A DNA stretch of 64,000 nucleotides, from contig CAWJEN010000005.1 of NCBI GenBank assembly GCA_963841915.1, positions 384,001-448,000 of the forward strand. The letters run 5' to 3'. Position 1 is the first letter of the stretch; each line of letters starts with the position of its first letter. Under the pieces are notes generated by a model. It did not search any database. It was not told the origin of the DNA and saw only the letters and a program-made list of their open reading frames with translations. Source of the DNA: an uncultured Planctomycetota bacterium. Its GTDB lineage: Bacteria > Planctomycetota > Phycisphaerae > Tepidisphaerales > Tepidisphaeraceae. Both the position numbers and the translations under genes were made by a program. Shown here piece by piece: positions 47,982 through 57,048 of this stretch.

Positions 47982-49061
47982 ATGATTCGATTGCGATGCG
48001 GCAATTGCGGCCAGACGTTGGAGGTGGATGACGCCTTCGCGGGCGGTGTGTGCCGTTGTCGACACTGCGGGACGATTCAGACGGTCCCTGAAGATGCCAA
48101 GGCGGGCGAAGCAGGCCTCGTTGAAGGCGCTGCCTTGCCCGGCGCGGTATCGACGTCGAAGCCCAAGCCGCTGTACCGGCGTGAAGAGCAGCAGGACCAG
48201 GTCGCAAGCGGCCTCGATGAGCTGGCGGACGTGGTGGCCAGCAGCGGCGCGTTGTCGAGCGGCCTGCACCGCACCGCCGCCCGCTCACGTCGCAACAGGC
48301 GATCACCCACCACGTCTGCCAGTCCCGATCTGGCCGCACGCAACGCAGGAGGCAGGCCGGGGCCCGACAAGAAGCTGATCGGTGCCATTGCCGCCGCGGC
48401 TGGACTTGCGGTGGTCGTCGTCATCCTCGCGATCGCGCTGCTCGGCGACGACAAGTCGCCCGCCGACGGCAATACGCCGACACCTTCGCGTGGCTCGACG
48501 ACCTTGGCGGGCATCCCGCTTCAGCCACGCATTTCGTTTGTCGTCGACACCGGCTCTGCCACGCAGGAAGACTTTGCCGAAGCGATGGCGCTCGTGCTGG
48601 ACGTGGTCGAGAAGCTTCCGGGCGACGGTGCGTTCCAGATCGTGCTGTGGCCGCGGCAGGAGATTGGTAATCCTTCACCTGACCCGACGGCATTGCCTTC
48701 AAACGAGCTGCGGACGGCCGGTGAGCGGACGATCTCCAACGTCCGCGATCGCATCGCCGACCTGCCGCTCGGTGGCAGCACGACAGCCGTGCCGGCCCTA
48801 CGCCGAGCCATTGCCGCCAACCCTGACATGATCGTGCTCATAACGGGGAACACTGCATTTCTTGGTGACGACTTTGCCCGCAGCGTGTTGACGGCTTGGC
48901 GTGAGGCGGAAACGACCATACCTGTGCACACCATCGCCGTCGGCACGCGGACGCCGCCCTCGTCGCTCGGCCTCATCGCGGATGAGACGGGTGGCACAAC
49001 GGTTGCCCTTTCGCAGTCCGATCTTCGCCAGGCTCGCCGCGAGCTCGGAGGCGGATCATGA
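47982..49061 (+). CDS. Membrane-anchored protein: N-terminal Zn ribbon, TM helix, vWA-like C-terminus
   Basis: CGNC...CRHC; hydrophobic segment; ISFVVDTG, IVLITG and VHTIAV motifs. Confidence 0.7.
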   Translation: MIRLRCGNCGQTLEVDDAFAGGVCRCRHCGTIQTVPEDAKAGEAGLVEGAALPGAVSTSKPKPLYRREEQQDQVASGLDELADVVASSGALSSGLHRTAARSRRNRRSPTTSASPDLAARNAGGRPGPDKKLIGAIAAAAGLAVVVVILAIALLGDDKSPADGNTPTPSRGSTTLAGIPLQPRISFVVDTGSATQEDFAEAMALVLDVVEKLPGDGAFQIVLWPRQEIGNPSPDPTALPSNELRTAGERTISNVRDRIADLPLGGSTTAVPALRRAIAANPDMIVLITGNTAFLGDDFARSVLTAWREAETTIPVHTIAVGTRTPPSSLGLIADETGGTTVALSQSDLRQARRELGGGS

Positions 49062-49480
49062 ACCGGTCGCTGACCGTCGGCCTTGTCGCTTTAGGTGGCC
49101 TGGCGTTGACGACGCTGTTGCTGTGGCTGCTGGCCCCGCCGACGTCTCGCGTCGACGTCCCGTTGGCGGCAACTGTCGAGCTGCGGGACGGCACCGCGTC
49201 AAGCACCTGGACATCAGTCGATGTTCGGGCGTCGGGTGGCAGGCAGCTCAGCGTCGACGGCGCGGGCCAATGGCCTTGCCACTTCATCATCGGGCCGGAC
49301 GGTGACGTGCAGGCGACGGAGCGGTGGCATACCCAGCAATCGGCGGACGCGTCATTCGGCCGCACCGACGCCATCTGTGTCGTTCTTGTCGGTAGCGCCG
49401 ACCGCCTGAGCAGCGAGCAAGTCGAAGCCGCCCGGCAGCTGAAAGCGATGCTGACGCGTCGTTACGGACTGATGCAATAG
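49058..49480 (+). CDS. Degenerate Amidase_2/PGRP-like membrane-anchored protein
   Basis: HFIIGPDG.V..T.RW..Q, ICVVLVG, Q......L...L..RYG; Zn-ligand motifs absent. Confidence 0.6.
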   Translation: MNRSLTVGLVALGGLALTTLLLWLLAPPTSRVDVPLAATVELRDGTASSTWTSVDVRASGGRQLSVDGAGQWPCHFIIGPDGDVQATERWHTQQSADASFGRTDAICVVLVGSADRLSSEQVEAARQLKAMLTRRYGLMQ

Positions 49481-49747
49481 TGGCATTTGCCGAACAATCG
49501 ACGGTGCGAACGAAACCGACAGCCCGGTTCGGTCGATGGTAGCTGTAGGTTCTGCCTGCTCCGCCCAAAGGTCGGCAGTTGCCTTGCCGGTACAACCGGC
49601 ACATGATCGCCGGACCGTCCCGGCGTGAAGTTGCGGCTTATGCTGTGACCCGCTGCGACGAATCGACCGCTGCTGACTGACCTCCGACGCACCCACCAGC
49701 CGCCCCGCCGCACTTACCCGACCGACCGCCGACCGCCGCGCGAGTTC

Positions 49748-50632
49748 ATGGCCGACCGACTTCTTCATTACGACTTGCTCGGCACGCTGGGCCAAGGTGC
49801 CGGTAGCACGATCTACCGCGCCAAAGACTCGCAAACGGGACGGCTCGTCGCGATCAAGCACGTCAAGCGGGTCAAGCCCAAAGACTTGCGGTTCGTCGAG
49901 CAGATGGAGACGGAGTTCGACGTCTCGCGCAACTTCACGCACCCTGCATTGCGTCGCTCGTACTCGCTGAAGGTCACCAAGACGATGCTCGTCAAGGTGA
50001 CCGAGGCCATCCTGGTGATGGAGTACATCGATGCCCTGCCGCTGGAGCGTGGTCTGCCCAGCGACCTGCCGGGCGTGATCAGCACGTTCATCGACGCCGC
50101 CGCGGGTTTGGGTGCCATGCACCGCATGGGCTGGGCGCACTGCGACATCAAGCCCAACAACATTCTCCGTGCCGCCGACGGCACGGTGAAGGTGATCGAT
50201 TTCGGCCAGGCCTGCCGCATCGGCACGGTGAAGGAACGCATCCAGGGCACGCCCGACTACATCGCCCCCGAGCAGGTCGAACGCCTACCCATCAAGGAAG
50301 CGACCGACGTCTTCAACCTCGGGGCCAGCATGTACTGGGCTTTGACCGGCAAGCACGTGCCGACGCAGTACCACGCCAAGCGTGCCGGCGAGAACAGCTT
50401 CGTGCTCGACACGCTGTTCAAGAGCCCTCGCGAGCTGAACCGCTCGATCCCGCAGATCGTGAGCGACGTCGTGATGCAGTCGGTCAGCACGAACTCGAAC
50501 AAGCGGCCCCAGACGATGGAGGCGCTCACGCACAAGCTCGAGCTCGGCCGCCACATTCTCGAACGCGACGAAGGCAGCAGCCTTAACGACAGCTTCGACG
50601 AAGACGGCGTCTTCGACGACACAAGGCATTAG
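49748..50632 (+). CDS. Serine/threonine protein kinase
   Basis: LGQGA, VAIK, HCDIKPNN, DFG, GTPDYIAPE and DVFNLG motifs. Confidence 0.95.
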   Translation: MADRLLHYDLLGTLGQGAGSTIYRAKDSQTGRLVAIKHVKRVKPKDLRFVEQMETEFDVSRNFTHPALRRSYSLKVTKTMLVKVTEAILVMEYIDALPLERGLPSDLPGVISTFIDAAAGLGAMHRMGWAHCDIKPNNILRAADGTVKVIDFGQACRIGTVKERIQGTPDYIAPEQVERLPIKEATDVFNLGASMYWALTGKHVPTQYHAKRAGENSFVLDTLFKSPRELNRSIPQIVSDVVMQSVSTNSNKRPQTMEALTHKLELGRHILERDEGSSLNDSFDEDGVFDDTRH

Positions 50633-50678
50633 TTCCTGCCGCGGGCGTCGCGACGATGCACAGTCATCACGATCAAGT

Positions 50679-51239
50679 TCACGAGGCGTCGATCCAATCG
50701 ACCTGCAGTTCGAAGGGGCCGTCCTTCGTGTCGTTGAGGTTGATGCCGATTTGATCGATCTGGGCAGGCTCGACGGGGCCTAGCCGTTCGAGGCTGTAGG
50801 GGTCGCCTCGCCACGACGGAACCATCTTGCTCAGCTCGATCGTGACGGTCTGCCATTCGCCGACCGGGCCATCTGCCTTGATGTCGCCGCGGTAGGTGAT
50901 GTCTCTTCGGCCGGTGAGTGTGGAGCCGTCGTAGGCGAGCACGCGGTAGGGGCCGCGGCCGTCCGGCTTGATGCGCAGGATCAACGTCGTCTTACCCTCG
51001 AGCGTCCCCCGCTCGATCGGTAGCCGAACGCTGGCAAAGCCTCCGCCGTTGGTGTTGATCGAGCCGGCGAAGGTCATTACGCCGTCGGCGAATGAATGGT
51101 CGCCAAGCGAGCGGCCACCCATGACGTTGTCGTTCACGTTCTGCCAGCGGGCGTTCGCCTTGTCATTGTCGAAGTCGGTGAGGCGGACCGCGTCGGCGGG
51201 TGCCGCGAGAAAACCGGCGAGCAGGAAGGCAGCAATCAT
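50679..51239 (-). CDS. CIA30 family protein, secreted
   Basis: W..VND.VMGGRS, NGGGFASVR, DGR.Y and GPFEL.VDWI motifs. Confidence 0.9.
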   Translation of the reverse strand: MIAAFLLAGFLAAPADAVRLTDFDNDKANARWQNVNDNVMGGRSLGDHSFADGVMTFAGSINTNGGGFASVRLPIERGTLEGKTTLILRIKPDGRGPYRVLAYDGSTLTGRRDITYRGDIKADGPVGEWQTVTIELSKMVPSWRGDPYSLERLGPVEPAQIDQIGINLNDTKDGPFELQVDWIDAS

Positions 51240-51277
51240 GCGCCTTCAGGCCGCAAAGCGGATGCCGATGGACTCGT

Positions 51278-53530
51278 TCAAATCGCTTGACGCCGCCTGA
51301 GCAGGCCGCCCAGCAGCAGTACGCCACCAAGGCTGGTCGGCTCGGGCACCGTTGCCGCCCAGGCGTCCATCAGCTGCAGGTCGGCTGCTGCGACGACGTC
51401 GCCTGACAGGCCGTTGCCGAAGTTGGCCCGCAAGATGGCAAAGTCGAGAATCGAGACGGTGCCGTCGCCGTTGAAGTCACCGGTCCGCCAGTTGCCGTTG
51501 CTACCGAAATTGGCCCGTAACAGTGCAAAGTCGAGGATCGACACGGTCCCGTCCAGGTTGGCGTCGCCGTCGATGAACGCGCTGGCGACGACGGAGCTGA
51601 TGCCCTCTGCCGTCACGAGGTCAAGATCAAGTCCGGGCAGGCCGAAGTCGTGGGCCAGTGTGATGGACGAGCCGTTGAAGGTGCCGTGCGTCAGGATAGC
51701 GGTTGTCGTGCCGGGCACCGGAACTTCGGAGCTTGTCAGCAAGATTTGGCCGGCACCCGACACGTTACCGACGACGTCGAGCGTCAGGCTGTCGAGCGCG
51801 TCGGCTAGATCCACGAGCAACGTGCTGCCGTTTGCCAAAACAAGGTCACCCAGCACGGTGCCGCTCCCGGCGATGGTCGCTCCACCTTCTATGGTGGTGA
51901 TGCCGAGTCCGGTGGTGCCGTCGACGAGCAGCGTCCCACCGCTGATTTTGGTCGCGCCGCCGTAGCTGTTCGTGCCGGCGAGGTTCAACAGGCCGTCGCC
52001 GACCTTGGTGATGTTGAAGTCTGGCCCGCCTGCTGCCTGGAACACGCTGCCGCGGAGCGTCAGGTCTTTGCCCGCTTGCACATCAATGCGGGTGAACTCA
52101 TAGCCGAGCATTTGAAGGTCACCTGTGAGCTCGACGGCCACGCCGTCGACGTCGATGGTGCCGCCGCGGAGCTGCATGTCCCAAGGCAAGGTGAAGCCCC
52201 AGTTGTCGGTCTCGTTTCCGAGCCGGAGCGTGGTGTTCTGATCGACGCGAACGGTGCCGTCACCGGTTGCGTTGGTGCCGGGGCCGTGAATCCAGAGCGT
52301 CCCGCCGTTGCCACCGTCACCGTAGAGGCGGATCGTGCCGTCGTTACGGATGTCGTTGCCGCGGAACTGAATTGTGTTGCGGTCCTGCTTGCGAAGCAGC
52401 GCGTTCTCGGCGACGTAGACGGTGCCGGTGTTGCGAAGTCCCCAGTCGGCAGTACCACCGATGAAGCTTGCGGTGAACGAGTCGTCGTGGCTGGCGAGGG
52501 CGAAGATGTGACCGACGCCGTCTTCGGGGTCCATCGATGCGTCGTTGTTCCACAAGGATCCGCCGCGCATGTAGATGAAGTCGTCCGGCCGTGCCTGACC
52601 GACAAGGTTGAGCCCTTGGTTCGGCAGCAGCGTGCCCACGTATTCGTCACCGAGCAGCGACGGCACGTGCATGCCGTCTTTGACTTCCATGACCTGCGTC
52701 TCCCGGCTGCTGCCCAGGCCCCACTGCCACCACATGTGTCCCCTGACGTAGCTCCGCCGCTCCAGCTCGGGCACCACGATGTCCAGGAAACGACGGTTGG
52801 CGTCGGCCTGCTGTTCGGTCGTACGATTGTTGCCCCAATCCATGCCGGCAAACTCCGTGATCCATACCGGCTTGTTGAAGCGGTCGCGGTACCACTGCAC
52901 AGCCCCGAGGAAGTTGTTGGCCGAGCCCTGCACGTTGTTCGGGTCGACGTTGCCGTACCAGTGGAAGGCCACTTCATCGACCTGCAGATTGTTCGTCGGG
53001 TCGTTATCCGAGTTCCGCTGGTTGACCTGATTCATGAACTGCTGAATCCACTGACGACCCTCCGACGTGTCGCTGACTGCCGGGCTGACGAGCTTCAGGC
53101 CCGTGCCGGCAACGCGGTCGGTGACCTGCTTCCAGCTCCAGATGGCGTCGTTGACGTTGTGGTTAGCCTGGTCGGGCCGCTCGGGCTCGTTGTAGCCAAG
53201 GATGCGGGTGACGTTGAGCTGGTCCTTGTAGCCGAGGATGCGGTCGATGCGGGTGTCGACGCCCCAGCGATCCCAGAGCATTGGCATGTACTGACCGTTG
53301 AGGCCGCTCATGGCTGCGACGTTGGGGTTGTTGCCCCAGTCGTAGTAGAACCGGGCGTTTTGCCGATTAACGGCTTCCGGTCCGCCGCCACCGGCACCGT
53401 GCTTCGTCGGCGAGTTCCCCGCCATCGCCAAGCTCGGCCAGCACGTCGCAACAGCAAGCGCAGCGGCACACAGCGTGCTGACCATCGACGGGCGACGATG
53501 ACCGACAACGGACGAATTTGGCTTCCTCAT
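51278..53530 (-). CDS. GH128-like glycoside hydrolase with passenger-associated beta-strand repeat, dockerin-like repeats and PEP-CTERM sorting signal
   Basis: YYDW, MPMLW, LGYNEPE..DQAN, FHWY, KPVWITEF; TKVG.G.L.L.G.NSY.G.T; GDANLDG; VPEPTSL...RRR. Confidence 0.85.
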   Translation of the reverse strand: MRKPNSSVVGHRRPSMVSTLCAAALAVATCWPSLAMAGNSPTKHGAGGGGPEAVNRQNARFYYDWGNNPNVAAMSGLNGQYMPMLWDRWGVDTRIDRILGYKDQLNVTRILGYNEPERPDQANHNVNDAIWSWKQVTDRVAGTGLKLVSPAVSDTSEGRQWIQQFMNQVNQRNSDNDPTNNLQVDEVAFHWYGNVDPNNVQGSANNFLGAVQWYRDRFNKPVWITEFAGMDWGNNRTTEQQADANRRFLDIVVPELERRSYVRGHMWWQWGLGSSRETQVMEVKDGMHVPSLLGDEYVGTLLPNQGLNLVGQARPDDFIYMRGGSLWNNDASMDPEDGVGHIFALASHDDSFTASFIGGTADWGLRNTGTVYVAENALLRKQDRNTIQFRGNDIRNDGTIRLYGDGGNGGTLWIHGPGTNATGDGTVRVDQNTTLRLGNETDNWGFTLPWDMQLRGGTIDVDGVAVELTGDLQMLGYEFTRIDVQAGKDLTLRGSVFQAAGGPDFNITKVGDGLLNLAGTNSYGGATKISGGTLLVDGTTGLGITTIEGGATIAGSGTVLGDLVLANGSTLLVDLADALDSLTLDVVGNVSGAGQILLTSSEVPVPGTTTAILTHGTFNGSSITLAHDFGLPGLDLDLVTAEGISSVVASAFIDGDANLDGTVSILDFALLRANFGSNGNWRTGDFNGDGTVSILDFAILRANFGNGLSGDVVAAADLQLMDAWAATVPEPTSLGGVLLLGGLLRRRQAI

Positions 53531-53791
53531 CACCACCTAATTTACCTCAGTCGGGACGCGTTGTTCGGCAACGCGTGCGGCAAAGTCTTGTCAATATTCC
53601 CCAGGTAGCGGCCCATCATGACGGCCACGCGTCGACGAAGGCGTGGTCGCGGGTGCAAGGTTGACTATGAAGCGCTCCTCTCAATGGCTCTCCAGAGCGC
53701 GTCGCACGGCCCGAGCAGGATGAGCGTTCGATGACGTGAACCCGTGCGGCAACACAGGTGGCGGCGACCTTAGGGCCTATGTTCGGACCAC

Positions 53792-55012
53792 TTGTCCAAG
53801 TCTCCAAAGAAGATCGTCCTCGCCTACTCCGGCGGCCTTGATACGAGCGTCATCCTGCCGTGGCTCAAGAACCGCCACCCGGGCTGCGAGGTCGTCGCCT
53901 TTGCAGCCGAGTTGGGCCAGGGCAGTGAGCTCGAAGGCGTCGAGAAGAAGGCCCGCGAAAGCGGTGCGGACGACGTTGTCGTGGCTGACCTTCGAGAGGA
54001 GTTTGCACGCGACTACTGCTTCCCGATGCTGCGGGCGCATGCGATCTACGAGCGGGATTACCTGCTGGGCACGAGCATCGCCCGGCCACTGATTGCGGCC
54101 AAGCAGGTCGAGGCGGCCCGGCAGACGGACAGCGATGCCGTCGCTCACGGTGCGACCGGTAAGGGCAACGACCAGGTTCGCTTCGAGCTGACGTTCATGG
54201 CCTTAGCCCCGGACCTGCAGATCATCTCGCCCTGGAAGGACCCGACCTTCGAACTGCGTGACCGTGAGGCGGCCATCGATTACGCCCACGAGCACGGCGT
54301 GCCGGTCGCCCAGAGCCGCGAGAAGATCTACAGCCAGGACCGCAACCTGTGGCACATCAGCCATGAGGGTGCCGAGATTGAGGACCCGGCCGGTGAGCCC
54401 AAGTGGGAGCGGATGCTGACCATGACCAGCCCGATCGGCGAGACGCCCAACGAGGTCGAGCGCGTCACGGTCGAGTTCAAGCAAGGCGACCCCGTCAGCA
54501 TCAACGGCGAGAAGCTCAGCCCGGCGGCACTGATCGAGAAGATGAACACCATCGCCGGCCGGCACGGCGTAGGCGTTAAGCTTCTCGTCGAAAACCGCCT
54601 CGTCGGCATGAAGTCACGCGGCGTCTACGAAACACCAGGCGGCACCGCTCTGTACGTCGCCCACAACGCCCTCGAACAGCTCACGCTCGAGCGTGATTTG
54701 TTCCAAGCCAAGCAGAAGGTCAGCCTCGACTACGCCAAGCTCGTCTACAACGGCCAGTGGTTCCACCCGCTGCGCGACGCGCTGCAGGCGTTCGTCGACG
54801 ACAGCCAGAAGGTCGTGACCGGACAGGTCACGCTCAGTCTGTACAAAGGCACCTGCGACGCGATCGGCGTCAAGAGCCCGTTCAGCCTGTACGATCCGGA
54901 ACTGGCTAGCTTCAGCATGGACGGCTACGACGTGACCGCGGCCCGCGGGTTCATCGACTGCTTCGGTTTGCCGATGAAGGTCGCGGGCATGCGGGCACGA
55001 CGGGAGGGGTGA
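53792..55012 (+). CDS. argG: Argininosuccinate synthase
   Basis: LAYSGGLDTS, YLLGTSIARP, HGATGKGNDQVRFE, ENRLVGMKSRGVYETP. Confidence 0.97.
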   Translation: MSKSPKKIVLAYSGGLDTSVILPWLKNRHPGCEVVAFAAELGQGSELEGVEKKARESGADDVVVADLREEFARDYCFPMLRAHAIYERDYLLGTSIARPLIAAKQVEAARQTDSDAVAHGATGKGNDQVRFELTFMALAPDLQIISPWKDPTFELRDREAAIDYAHEHGVPVAQSREKIYSQDRNLWHISHEGAEIEDPAGEPKWERMLTMTSPIGETPNEVERVTVEFKQGDPVSINGEKLSPAALIEKMNTIAGRHGVGVKLLVENRLVGMKSRGVYETPGGTALYVAHNALEQLTLERDLFQAKQKVSLDYAKLVYNGQWFHPLRDALQAFVDDSQKVVTGQVTLSLYKGTCDAIGVKSPFSLYDPELASFSMDGYDVTAARGFIDCFGLPMKVAGMRARREG

Positions 55013-55032
55013 GCCGCTCCAGGCATGGCGGC

Positions 55033-55725
55033 TTACTCATCTGCGAGTATGTCGGCCAGCTTGACCGCAAATCCCGGCACTACGTCGCCGCCATCGAGCG
55101 TGCCGGCAGCGTCGACTGTCGTGACGTCGTCAGCCGACGTGTAGCGTCGTGCGGCCTGTTGTTTCGGGTCGATGACGTACGCGAGACGGCAGCCGCTTGC
55201 GAAAAGCTCGCGGAGCTTCATGTCGATCTCGGCCGGGGTGTTGTCTTCGCTGAGGACTTCGACCGCGAGCCGCGGCGGGAGCGTTGGGACCTTATCTTTT
55301 GGCCGCTGGCCCTCCGGGTAATCGGCTCTGAGATAAACGGCAACGTCCGGCATCCTTCGGTTGCCCCCCGACATCCTGACGGTCCCGGCTTCTCCCGCAA
55401 CGAAGCCAAGCTTTTGCTGCCGCACAACGACGTTGAGGTCCGTTAAGAGGTTGGCGGCAATTCGACTTTCATCCAGACCCACAGGCTTCTCCACAAGCGT
55501 TCCATCGACGAGTTCGACCAGATGCTCCCCGAGTCGACCCTCGATCGCGTCGTAAAAGCTGCCGCTCACCGTGCGGGGCGGCGGGTTAAAAATGATGCGG
55601 TGCCACGGGATACCTCCAAGTGACGCTCTGAAAGCATCGCCGTTTCGCAACGGAGGCGATTGTCGCTCGGCTACGTCGCCCACCCGGTTCGCTGCGACAG
55701 CGGGAGGATCGACGAGAAGCGTCAT
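55033..55725 (-). CDS. Uma2 family (PDDEXK) endonuclease
   Basis: ELVDG.LVEK, RMPDVA, P.LAVEVLS, K..E.F..G and VPGF motifs. Confidence 0.9.
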   Translation of the reverse strand: MTLLVDPPAVAANRVGDVAERQSPPLRNGDAFRASLGGIPWHRIIFNPPPRTVSGSFYDAIEGRLGEHLVELVDGTLVEKPVGLDESRIAANLLTDLNVVVRQQKLGFVAGEAGTVRMSGGNRRMPDVAVYLRADYPEGQRPKDKVPTLPPRLAVEVLSEDNTPAEIDMKLRELFASGCRLAYVIDPKQQAARRYTSADDVTTVDAAGTLDGGDVVPGFAVKLADILADE

Positions 55726-55743
55726 GCCGTGACTATACCAGCT

Positions 55744-57027
55744 TCAGGCCATTCCTGTCACGGCCGCCCGGCCGGCGAGGTAACCCGTCGCCCAGGCCCA
55801 TTGGAAGTTAAACCCGCCGATGCGACCGTCGACGTCGATGATTTCGCCGGCCAGGTGCAACCCGTCGCACGTGCGGCTGCCCATCGTCTTCCAGGCCACC
55901 TCGCTGAGCGGCACGCCGCCCGCCGTCACCTCGGCGTGGTTCCAGCCGCGTTCCTGTTCGACGGGCAACGGCAGCTCGACCAGGTTCCGCACGAGGCTGC
56001 GCCGATCGTCGCGTCTCAGCCGGGCGAGCGGCGTGTTGCCGTCGATGCCGAGCATGTGCAGCACCGCGTCGCTGACCTTCTCCGGCAGCGTCGGCCGCGT
56101 GCTGACGCCGCCCGAGGTCCACTGCTTCGTCAGCCCGCGGATCGGCAGCTTCGGGATCTGCTCGGTCATGTACAGGAGCGTCGCCTCGACCGTCTCGAAC
56201 CGCTCACCGGGCAGCAGGTTCGCGAACCACTGCACGCTGCGACCGGCTTCGCGGTTGGCCAGCCAGTGGCGACTGGCGTCCATGACGACCGGTCCGCTCA
56301 GGCCGAAGTGCGTCCACAAGAGTGAACCGCTGCGACGGTCGATCGGCTTGCCGTCGGCCACGGTGGTGATCTCCGTCTCGTGACTGATCCCGGTCAGGTC
56401 GGCGTGGAAGAAGTGCTGCTGCAGCGTCATGGAGACGAGGGCAGCGTGGGTGTCGCTGACGGTGTGACCCAGCCCGCGTGCGATGCCGTAGCCGCCGCCG
56501 TCGCTGCCGGTCTTGGGCAAACTCAGGCCGCCGGTGCAGAGGATGAGCTTGTCGCAGCGGTGCAACCCTTGCGGCGTGTTCAGGACAAACGCCTCGCCGT
56601 CTCGCTGAACGGACTCGACGCGGTGTTCGGTCAGTAACGTGCCGCCTCGCTCGTGCAGGCGGTTCAGGAGCGCGTCGAGGACGGTACGTGCCTTGTCGGT
56701 CGTCGGAAACAGCTTACCTGTCGGCTCGCGTTTGAGCCGTACGTCCATCGACTCGAACCACGCGACGCACTGTTCGACGGTAAAGCTCGCCAGAACGTTC
56801 TTGACGAAGTTGCGGGTGGCTGCGTTGTAGTCGCGGGTGTCGACCTTGTGGTGCGTGACGTTGCATCGGCCTCCACCGGCGACAAGGAGCTTGGCCCCGA
56901 CCTTCTTGGCTCCGTCGAAGACGGCGACGCGCGCGTCGGGATTGGCCTCGGCGGCGAAGATGCCGGCCGCCAACCCCGCCGCCCCGCCGCCGACGATGCC
57001 GAGGTTCCAGTGCTTGGCCGTGTCCAT
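55744..57027 (-). CDS. HI0933/BaiN family flavoprotein
   Basis: GGGAAGL, GGGRCNVT, TGGLS.P.TGSDG.GY, THFGLSGP, VTAGGV, GGFNFQWAWATG. Confidence 0.92.
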   Translation of the reverse strand: MDTAKHWNLGIVGGGAAGLAAGIFAAEANPDARVAVFDGAKKVGAKLLVAGGGRCNVTHHKVDTRDYNAATRNFVKNVLASFTVEQCVAWFESMDVRLKREPTGKLFPTTDKARTVLDALLNRLHERGGTLLTEHRVESVQRDGEAFVLNTPQGLHRCDKLILCTGGLSLPKTGSDGGGYGIARGLGHTVSDTHAALVSMTLQQHFFHADLTGISHETEITTVADGKPIDRRSGSLLWTHFGLSGPVVMDASRHWLANREAGRSVQWFANLLPGERFETVEATLLYMTEQIPKLPIRGLTKQWTSGGVSTRPTLPEKVSDAVLHMLGIDGNTPLARLRRDDRRSLVRNLVELPLPVEQERGWNHAEVTAGGVPLSEVAWKTMGSRTCDGLHLAGEIIDVDGRIGGFNFQWAWATGYLAGRAAVTGMA

Positions 57028-57048
57028 CGAGCGCACGCTACGGCCGAC

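Noticed and set aside
53700..53880. 6S RNA, suggested by TGAACCC...CAGGTGG
   Set aside because: A full-length 6S in that register would overlap the start of argG, and no closing stem is visible.
55033..55725. Uma2 gene as part of a defence island
   Set aside because: Solitary, flanked by housekeeping genes, and the family is common in planctomycetes.
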